A DNA stretch of 64,000 bases. It comes from Octopus vulgaris (Eukaryota). Position numbers and translations under genes: made by a program. Numbering within the stretch: position 1 is the first letter of the stretch; every line of letters begins with the position of its first letter. The stretch spans positions 32,364,001 through 32,428,000 of the forward strand of contig OX597835.1 in NCBI GenBank assembly GCA_951406725.2, read 5' to 3'. Below, in pieces: positions 53,944-64,000 of the stretch. Under the pieces are notes generated by a model. The model was given only the letters and a program-made list of their open reading frames with translations. It did no database searches and was not told the DNA's origin.

Positions 53944-54000
<57 letters not shown>

Positions 54001-54002
<2 letters not shown>

Positions 54003-54661
54003 TCATAAACGAGGGTGAAAAATCAGATGTTAATTTAATAATACCATCAGTTTAACACCAAGTGGCCTAGCACATAGAAACCAGGGAGACAGTACAAATT
54101 TATACATAAATATAAGAGAGTTAACGTTAAGTGGCTAATTCTAGTGCTAGAAATAGCTCCTTATTCTGGTATAGCCACCGAAGATTGTTTCCACAGAAGA
54201 AATAACATTACCTTCAACATAAGGGAAGCTAAATACAACGAAAAGATAGATTAATACTGAAGAATTGTTTCTTTATCAACATAATATGCAATTATACTCA
54301 CATATTTGTCTATAATTCATCAGCAGTATTTGTTCTCGATACAATTTATCAGACCCACACGGGCGATAAAATACGCATGCGGTCTGATCGATTGCATACA
54401 TAGTTGTGGTTTAGCTTCCCGCCAAAAGCATGCTAAGACTCCGTGGAAATCAATACCGCATACAATATTTGCTTTAGAATACTTATTTTGTTGATAAAGA
54501 AATAATTGTTCAGTATTAATCTATCTTTTCGTTGTATTTCGCTTCCCTTATGTTGAAGGTAATGTTATTTCTTCTGTGGAAACAATCTTCGGTGGCTATA
54601 CCAGAATAAGGAGCTATTTCTAGCACTAGAGTTAGCCACTTAACGTTAACTCTCTTATATT

Positions 54662-54670
<9 letters not shown>
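54001..54670. mobile_element. Insert in (TA)n with a 176-bp inverted repeat (Penelope-like inverted terminus or MITE)
   Basis: Arms 54106-54281 and 54489-54664 with only a few mismatches. Confidence 0.7.
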
Positions 54671-54697
<27 letters not shown>

Positions 54698-54705
54698 ATA
54701 TGTTT

Positions 54706-55120
54706 AGGCGGCGAGCTGGCAGAATGGTTATCATGCCGGACAAAATGCTTAGCAGCATTTAATCCGTCTTTACGTTCTAAGTTCAAATTCCGCCAGGGTC
54801 GACTTTGCTTTTCATCCTTTCGGAGTCGATAAATTAACTATCAGTTGCGTACTGGGGTCGGACTAATCGACTAGCCTCTTCCCCCAAAATTTCGGACCTT
54901 GTGCCTAGAATAGAAAAGAATCGTTAGCATGCCGGACAAAATGCTTAGCAGCGTTTCATCCGTCTTTACGTTCTGAGTTCAAATTCCGCCGAGGTCGACT
55001 TTGTCCTTTATCATTTCGGAGTCGATAATTTAAGTACCAGTGAAACGCTGGGAGGGGATCGATGCAATCGACTTACCCCTCCCCCAAAATTGCTGGCCTT
55101 GTGCCATCATTTGAAACCAA
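54706..55120 (+). mobile_element. SINE family B head-to-tail dimer
   Basis: Tail AGAAAAGAAT runs directly into the head-internal CGTTAGC at about 54921. Confidence 0.85.
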
Positions 55121-55832
55121 TATTTTCATCGTATTCAAGGTAAAGATGTTATTGGAAATGCATTTTTAGAAAGTAAAATGCCCCACTTACACACAATCCA
55201 TAATGTCCAAATCCTGTTTAATTTTTAATGAAACGTGTTGAGACAAGATTCATTAAGAAATGCTACTGAGTCAAAAATAAATAAATAGATATCAAACTAA
55301 TCAGGTTAACGTTTATGATATTGATTAATTAATTAAGGACAACCAAGACAATAAATGTTATTCTATATGCGAGGATGAGAGGGGAAAATTAAAAGGCTTA
55401 ATGGCGTTCGTGTCTCTCTCATCAGTATTTTACCCCTTACGTAAATAACGTGTTTTTACAGCAAGAAGCTCATCTTTTCCTTTTGTTTTTTTCTCTCGTA
55501 TGTATGTATGTATGTATGTATGTATGTATGCATGTATGTATGTATGTATGTATGTATGTATGTATGCATGTATGTATGTATGTATGTATGTATGTATGTA
55601 TGCATGTATGTATGTGTGTGCATGTATGTACATATGTCTGTCTGTATGTATGTGTGTGTGTGTGTATGTACATATGTCTGTCTGTCTGTATGTATGTATG
55701 TATGCATGCATGTATGTATGTAGTAAGATGGAGGGAGAGACATAGAAAGATAGAGAGGGAGAGAGAGATACACACACATACGTAGAAAGAAAGAAAGATA
55801 CATACATAAGTACCTATCTACATACATAGTTA

Positions 55833-55955
<123 letters not shown>

Positions 55956-56157
55956 GTATATATATATAATGATATTAGGGAATATTAATATATATATATA
56001 TATATATGCGTGTGTGTGTATACATATATATAGAGAGACTGGGTGCTTTAACTCTTCTTTCTAGCAGGGAGGCGCCATGTGTACCCTTATGATTATGATT
56101 GTGAGACAGAGACAATGAGACAAAGTGGAAGCGAGATATATACCGACAGACATACAT

Positions 56158-56294
<137 letters not shown>

Positions 56295-56436
56295 CCGACA
56301 GACAGAGAAACAGTGATAGAGAGAGTAATAGAGGGTAAGTAAGAAATACGTACATATATACCTTCCTGCATCTGTGTTGTGTGTAGTAACAACAGCACAG
56401 CCAATTAACATTACGAAAAGACAAAGATTACAAACC

Positions 56437-56541
56437 TCAGCAGTAAACCACGAACCTGTAAGTCCAGTTAATAGATAAAATTACAACTGCAACTAACGAA
56501 TTCAGATGTAAACACGGAAGTTGTATGTTTCCTGATATTAG
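56437..56541 (-). CDS. Candidate terminal coding exon of a second gene (hydrophobic C-terminus)
   Basis: tttaacag|LISGNIQLPCLHLNSLVAVVILSINWTYRFVVYC*; phase 0 fits exon 59494-59599. Confidence 0.4.
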   Translation of the reverse strand, partial: LISGNIQLPCLHLNSLVAVVILSINWTYRFVVYC

Positions 56542-56654
56542 CTGTTAAATCGAGCATACGTGCATTCGTGTATGTATGTATGTATGTATGTATGTATGTA
56601 TGTATGTATGTATGTATGTATGTATGTATGTATGTGTGTATGTATGTATGTATT

Positions 56655-57192
56655 TCGAGTGCTACTGGTAACATGTAACCCAGTACAAACTGTTGCATGC
56701 TCGGGTCGTTGGCGACTAAACCGGCAACCCCACCAAGCTTTCTTGGTGAGGAGGGTGTTTATTGGATACCTTGCGGGATGAAAAACAAAACCCGTCAAAG
56801 GGCGGAGGAACTCTTGAGAGTCAACGGTCATCCAATAAATGTCATAAGGCTGTATCATGCGCGGGGACATAGAAATAATCGGACTGAATACCCGATCGCA
56901 CGGTTAAACCATTGGGAGTGAAGGACACCTAGCCTTTGTTAGGGCATCCTTCTAGAAGGTAACTCAGGTAACTGGGATAACTCCGACATAAAACCTGCAG
57001 CTCAGTGGTTACCGATGATATTGACTTGTTCTTCTTTTCGGATTATGGCTGCTGTTGCTTAGTGAGTGGGATTGACTCAGTGCACAGCCTTTCCTCACTT
57101 CAAAAAAATCTTCTTGCACAGGCATTGCATGATAACAATATTGATTAAGCTTCGTGCAATGACCATACTCGATAACGAGGGGGCAGCCACCA
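56655..57192 (+). mobile_element. Non-coding retroelement-like insert in (TATG)n
   Basis: 3' end AAGCTTCGTGCAATG.CCATACTCGATAACGAGGGGGCAGCCA is shared with 29331-29502; structured 5' part. Confidence 0.6.
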
Positions 57193-57933
57193 TGTATGTA
57201 TGTATGTATGTATGTATGTATGTATGTATGTATGATTGTGCGTATGTATGTGTGTATGTACGCGTGTCTTTATGTATGTGTATCTATGTATGTATATATG
57301 CATGAGTGTATGTGTATATATGCATGTGTGTATATATGCGTGCATGTATGTGTGTTTGTGTATATGTGTATGTATGAATGTATGTCAATCAATTTATTTC
57401 AAGATTTAATGCCAATGGAGAAAGAGCCGGTTTCTAAACTAGAACCAAGTTTCCTTCATTAGAATTTCAACATCAACAATAGGGTAGTTTTGTATGTATG
57501 TATGCATGTACGTATGTACGTATGTATGTACGTATGTACGTATGTACGTATGTACGTATGTATGCATGCATGAATGTATGTATATGTGCATATTTTGTTT
57601 TATGTATACCTTCTCATGTGGAGGCGCGTGGCTTAGTGGTTAGGGTGTCAGCATCATGATCGTAAGATTGTGGTTTCGATTCCTGAACCGGGTGACGCGT
57701 GGAGTTTTTGAGCAAAACTCTTCACTTCACGTTGCTCCAGTCCACTCAGCTGGCAAAAATTAGTAAAGCTGTGATGGACTGGCGTCCCGTCCACCTGGGG
57801 AACACATTCGCCATAGAAACCGGGAAACTGGGTCCATGAGCCTGGCTAGGGTTTAAAAAGGCGCTTTTATTTTTATATCTTCTCACGCATATACTTCCAC
57901 ATGTAGACATGTATGTATGCATCCATATAGATC

Positions 57934-57981
<48 letters not shown>

Positions 57982-57989
57982 AATTATTA

Positions 57990-58187
57990 TTTAGGTTACT
58001 GTTTGGAATCGAACTCGGAATCTTGCGGTTAGTAGCCCACGCTCTTAACCTCTATGCCACATGCCCGTGGAAATATTCCCAAGACACCTGATGAAGGCTG
58101 GAGTATATATCAGCTGAAATGCTGTGTTAACAACAAACAAGATGAGGACAAATATCCGTCAAATGTAAATAATGTAAATAATGTAAA
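57990..58187. mobile_element. tRNA-like segment joined to a degenerate hammerhead-bearing tail
   Basis: Minus-strand A/B boxes at ~58005-58066; plus-strand ACAC-CTGATGA-AGGCTG..CAGCT-GAAATGCT-GTGT at 58084-58127; AATGTAAAT repeat tail. Confidence 0.5.
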
Positions 58188-58756
58188 ATCAGTTTATTTC
58201 ACATAAATTTCAACACCAAAATCTTATATGGACCTTTAAGAGCTATAAGGATCCCTAAGGACCATATGGACTCCCGTTGAGAGCCACTGTATTAAATGAG
58301 GGTGCGTGGTTTCGATTCTGAGACCAGGAGTAGCATCGTATTTTTAAGTTATACACTTCATTCTAATCACATGACCATAATACAAGAACTGTAGCGGCAC
58401 GACCAGGAAAGACTCCCTCAACTCCGAGCTACACACCTTATCGAATAACGTTTTTCCAGATATCTTGCCCTAAACTAAGCAACAAGTAGAGAATATTGGT
58501 AAGAGAACGAATATTAGTTTCAAATTTTGGCACAAGGCCAGTAATTTTGGGGTGGATCGAATTTAAGTCGATTACATTGACCTCAGCGGTCAACTTGGTA
58601 CTAATTTTATCGATCCTGAAAGGATGACAGGTAAAATTGAGCTCGGTGGAATTTGAACTCAGAATGCAAAGACGAACGAATGCCGCTAAGCATTTTACCT
58701 GCCGTGCTAACCATTCTGCTAGCTCACCACCTTAACAACACTTACTACCACAGGCA

Positions 58757-59260
<504 letters not shown>

Positions 59261-59493
59261 ATACTCCCACAGTTCCCATCAACCGAGTTCACTAACAAGG
59301 CGTTGGTCAGTCCAGGGCTATTCTACAAAGAACTTTCACAGGGTATTGTACAGTGGAACTGAACCCGTAATCACGTGCTTACAAAGCTATCTTCCTAACG
59401 ACACAATCAGGTCTGCACCGAATGTGTTGTTAGGAAGTGTGTGTTTACATTATTATCAGAGAATCAATACCAGCTGGGAATAAATAAACATAC

Positions 59494-59599
59494 AGAATCA
59501 TTTTCATTCGTGTCCATTCTCGTTATCAAATTTGCATCTACGAAAGTACTTAATGTCGGGCAGTCGATTTTGGTTCCATTATGCAAATAATCAGCACCT
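59494..59599 (-). CDS. Candidate internal exon of a second gene
   Basis: tccttcag|GADYLHNGTKIDCPTLSTFVDANLITRMDTNENDS|gtatgt, 106 nt, phase 2-0. Confidence 0.5.
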
Positions 59600-59657
59600 C
59601 TGAAGGAGTTTATATTATGGAATACAGTTTCATTTTGGGGCACTATGCTTTCTCTCG

Positions 59658-60018
59658 TACTTGTACTTGTACATGTGGCGGCATTCACCCTGGTAGGGTT
59701 GAGTCGGCTTCTTCTACTCAAGGAAGAAGTTTCGTGGGAATATGTGGATTTCACAAGCTGTCCCCAACAATCTCGCATGTGGAGACATCCTGTTTGTCGC
59801 AGATTGTCCGCAGACGCAGGGACAGAACGACCGAGGAGTCGCCGGTTCCCGAAGCAGACACTCCGAGGATTTTCACCCGTCTGCCGGGTTGTGGCCCTAA
59901 TACCACTCGGTGTCAGACCAATCCGCCTTGAGTGGCCCTACCCGACGGCATAGCTCTGACACTACCCGTTGCCAGCGTCCTCACCACGGTGAGGAGGGGA
60001 TGGATCTTGGGGACTCAA
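59658..60018 (-). mobile_element. Possible RTE-derived non-autonomous element
   Basis: GC-rich and structured; AGAGCTATGCCG...GGTAGGGCCACTCAAG resembles RTE 5' UTRs as I recall them; (ACAAGT)n tail. Confidence 0.45.
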
Positions 60019-60928
60019 TGCTTTCTGTCGTGGAGGCACATGGCCTAGTGGTTAGAGCAGCGAACTCATGGTCGACGGATCGCGGGTTCGAATCTCAGAC
60101 CGGGCGATGTGTGTGCTTATGAGTGAAACACCTAAGCTTCACGCGGCTCCAGCAGAAGGTAATGGCAAACTTCTGCTGACTCTTTCGCCACATCTTTCTC
60201 TCATTCTTTCCTCCTGCATCTTGCAGCTCACCTGCGATGGACCGGCGTCCCGTCCAGGTGGGGAACCTATACGCTCTTATGAGCCAGGCGTGGCTCGAGA
60301 AGGAACAAACATGCTTTCTCTCAATATTAGTGTTTAATGCAGGAGAGCGAACCGGCAGAATCTTTAGCATGCCGAACTAAATGTTTAACGGCATTTCTTC
60401 CGAGTTCACGTTCTACGTTCAAATTCCGCCAAAGTCCATTTTGCCTGTCATATTTTTTTTTTCGGGTTCAAAAAAATAATAAGTAGCAGTTGAACCCTCG
60501 GGATCTATGTCACTAATGAACCCCACCCCACCCATCCCGAAATTGCTGGCCTTGTGATAAAATTTTTAAGCCGTTAACTAATCACGTTAAGGCGATGAGC
60601 TGGTCGTTAGAACGGCGGGCTAAATGCATAGAGGCATTTCGCCTGTATCTATGTTCCGAGTTCAAATTCCTCCGAGGTCAACTTTGTATTTTATCCGTTC
60701 GGGGTCGATAAAATAAGAAACAGCTCAGCGCTTGGGACGATGTAATCGACTAATGCCATCCCTCTAATTTTGCTGACCTTGTGCAAAAAATTTAAAGCAA
60801 TATTAGTCTTTATTGTAAGCAAATACGGCGGTGCCCCAGCATGGCCACAGCTCGTGAGCTGAAACTAGAGGAAAATGAAAAAATGAATGAAAAATATTTC
60901 TACAATCCCAAGAATTTTCCAGAAATAC

Positions 60929-60980
60929 CTATTCATAAATTCTACAATTGAAATGCGTTTGGCTGGCACAATTTTGTATT
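60929..60980 (-). CDS. Possible upstream exon of the second gene
   Basis: caaacag|YKIVPAKRISIVEFMN(R)|gtattt, phase 1-2, compatible with the exon starting at 59599. Confidence 0.3.
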
Positions 60981-61342
60981 CTGTTTGATAGCGTCACACT
61001 GAAACTACAATATCAACAACAGACTAACAGAAATTATTTATTCAGCTATAATATTCATGTGGAGGCGCGTGGCTTAGTGGTTAGGGTGTCAGCATCATGA
61101 TCGTAAGATTGTAGTTTCGATTCCTGGACCGGGCGACGCGTTGTGTTCTTGAGCAAAACACTTCATTTCACGTTGTTCCAGTCCACTCAGCTGGCAAAAA
61201 TGAGTAAAGCTGCGATGGATGTGTCCAGCTGGGGAACACATACGCCATTGAAACCGGAAAACCGGGCCCATGAGCCTGGCTAGGCTTTAAAAGGGCGCAT
61301 TTATTATTATTATAATATCCATACCAATAATCGTTAACACTA

Positions 61343-61770
61343 AGGCGGCGAGCTGGCAGAGTCGTTAGGATGCCGGACCAAAATTCTTAGCGGCTTTTGT
61401 TCTGAGTTCGAATTCCACCGAGATCAACTTTACTTCTCATTCTATCGATGTTGATAAAATAAGTACCATTTGAGCTTTGGGGTCAATGTAACTGGCTTAC
61501 ACACTTCTCCCAAAATTGTTAGCCTGGTACCAACATTTTAAATCAATAACGTTAACGCGACGAGCTGGCAGAATCGTTAGCACGCCGGACAAGATACTTA
61601 GTGGTATTTCGTCCGCCTTTCCGTTTTGAGTTCAAATTCAGCCGAAGTCGACTTTTCCTTTAATTCTTTAGGGGTCAATAATATAAATGCCAGTTAAACA
61701 GTGGTGTAGATATAATCGACTTACCACTTCCTCTGAAGTTGCTGGCCTTGTGCCAAAATTTAAAATCAAT
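61343..61770 (+). mobile_element. Two tandem older SINE family B copies
   Basis: Heads at about 61343 and 61556; a similar pair at 60340-60800. Confidence 0.8.
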
Positions 61771-61984
61771 AATCAATAACGTTACATGCCCTCTATTTCT
61801 ATATGCATATATGTTGTATATAGGCGCAGGAGTGGCTTTGTGGTAAAAAGCTTGCTTCCTAACCATATGGTTCTGGATTCAGTTCAACTGCGTGGCACCT
61901 TCAACAACTGTCCTCCATTGTGGTCTCGGGTAGACCAAATCTTTGCGAGTGGATCTGGCAGACGGAAACTGAAAGAGGCCCTTC

Positions 61985-62032
<48 letters not shown>

Positions 62033-62155
62033 TCTCTCTCCATTGCTATATATGTTTACTTATTTATATATATGTGTGTGTTACATATATATATATATTG
62101 TATAAAAAATAAATAAATATAGATATGTATAAAAATATATGTAGATATGTATAAG

Positions 62156-62200
<45 letters not shown>

Positions 62201-62425
62201 ATATTTAATGTAATTACATCAATAGATTTTACGTGGCACCATATGTTGGTAACCTCCAAAGATGACCAAGAAATGTCACTTCCATTTACTACACTTTACG
62301 TTTATTATTAAATCTACCATTTTCAAATCGAATTTAAATATTGTCACTTCAGAATCTTGTTAAACTGTGCATATCATCATCATCATCATCATCATCATCA
62401 TTATCATCATCAGCTTTATTATTAA

Positions 62426-62473
<48 letters not shown>

Positions 62474-62479
62474 CATATT

Positions 62480-62900
62480 TATGAGTTTTTCTTCTTTCAA
62501 ATTTGCTTCCATTTCTTGCCGTGTGTCTTCCCGTCTCCTAGGGCAAAGAAACTCATTGTATACATTGGTAGGCCATTAAACTAAACTCACTAGTTCGTTA
62601 ATTTTTTTTTATAGGAATAAAGTTAAATTAAAATACATGGGTAGTAATAGTTCTCACATCGACAATGCTCTTCTCAATACGTGTAACGTACTAGTTAAGA
62701 CAATCTTTTGAACGTCTTGCAGGTATGGTAAGCCAGGGATCATTCTCATATAATTTTCAGTTCCCTTCTTGATCATTCCTAGTGCTCCTACGATCACTGG
62801 TATTGTAACCGCCTTTGAGATGCCACATTTTCTCAATTTCAATGAGCAAGTCTTTATATTTTTTGAGCTTATCAAATTCTTTCGCCGAGATATTATGAGA
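62480..62900 (-). mobile_element. 5'-truncated R4/Dong element, third subfamily
   Basis: KAVTIPVIVGALGMIKKG...VQKIVLTSTLHVLRRALSM; (ATT)n on both sides. Confidence 0.85.
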
Positions 62901-62910
62901 TATTATGAGA

Positions 62911-62947
<37 letters not shown>

Positions 62948-64000
62948 TTATTATTATTATTATTATTCGTTTTACCCTTTTCATTATTTTATATCGGTTT
63001 GACTTCTCTATAAGATCGATGTTATGATGTAGGTGAGTTAATATAAGAACCTTGTCTCGAGTTACAGTAAATACTAATAAGGACAACTAGTATTGATTAA
63101 AATGTCTTCATTATGCCTTACATTGAAAGAAATCTGTCATTATTCTTTCTTTATTCTGTTACTTGTTTCAGACAGACTGCGGCTATGCTGGAGTACCGCT
63201 TTAAATGGTTTTAATCGAACAAATCGACCCCAGGACTTATTCTTTGTAAGCCTATTTCTTATTCTATCGGTTTCTCTGCTGGGATATTATTAGTAAGGAT
63301 AAACTTTATAGAATGGGGATAAAAGATACGACTTATGCGTGGAGGAAATATACCAAATTTTCACTTCTAAATTCAGTCTTATAAACACAAGACAAGAACT
63401 AGCTCTAAGATGCCTTCATGAAAGAAAATTTACATTTAAACAATTCAAATAAATACCTTACACTTTTTATAATAATAATTATTATTTTTAAAAAATTGGG
63501 GAAAACAAGAACCAAAAATTTGATTGAATACCTCTAAACTAAGAATAATCTCTTTGAAATGAGTAGAATGGTAAACTTCTAGTAGTAATGATAAATCTAC
63601 ATAAACCTTCAATCCAAACTTGACCTATGTTTAGGACTACGTTTTGTTTCACTTCCCACATTTAGCAGAGGTGAAACCTTGGTCAAGATTCCCATAATAG
63701 TAGCACCCAAAACTTCCTAAAAAAAAACCCCACTTTATTCATTCAGTTTGTTGACACTTTGACAAAATATCCTAACCACTCTCAGAAGATTAAGTCGGAT
63801 TTAATTACATTTCAAGCAGCATATAAAAGACAGGCATTACGAAACAATTCTTTGTAGTTATCTTCAGTGAAGGCGCGTGGGTTAGTGCTAGACGTGTTCA
63901 GTTTCTGGTCATAAGGTTGTGAGTTCGATTCCCGGCGGCGCGTCGTGTTCTTGAGAAAGACATTTTATTTCACATTGCACCAACCCACTCAGCTGGCAAA

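Noticed and set aside
59645-59953. Plus-strand ORF with a hydrophobic N-terminus as an EVC candidate
   Set aside because: The hydrophobic start comes from an (ACTTGT)n tail and the rest lies within a GC-rich repeat element.

Overview
AT-rich, microsatellite- and SINE-dense animal genomic DNA. The tRNA-derived SINE families and the (TA)n/(TATG)n/(GATA)n load suggest a cephalopod, most likely Octopus (inferred, not searched). The main gene is on the minus strand: I reconstructed 15 phase-compatible GT-AG coding exons from 37485 down to 1551 (2032 nt, 677 codons, still open at the left end). They encode a signal peptide, a luminal domain, one transmembrane helix and a long coiled-coil, the architecture of EVC2/limbin. 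A candidate promoter with X-box-like and NRF1-like motifs lies near 47.2 kb, and a possible second minus-strand gene ends near 56.4 kb. Mobile DNA includes a near full-length, decayed R4/Dong non-LTR retrotransposon plus three truncated relatives, all in (AAT)n tracts. There are also mariner/Tc1 remnants, CR1-type fragments, a Helitron-like element and Penelope-like termini carrying minimal hammerhead ribozymes. Other features are a 5S rRNA-SINE-5S composite, several fold-back palindromes, and SINEs that appear to insert into a fixed site in other copies of their own family. Most of the supplied ORFs are microsatellite artefacts.
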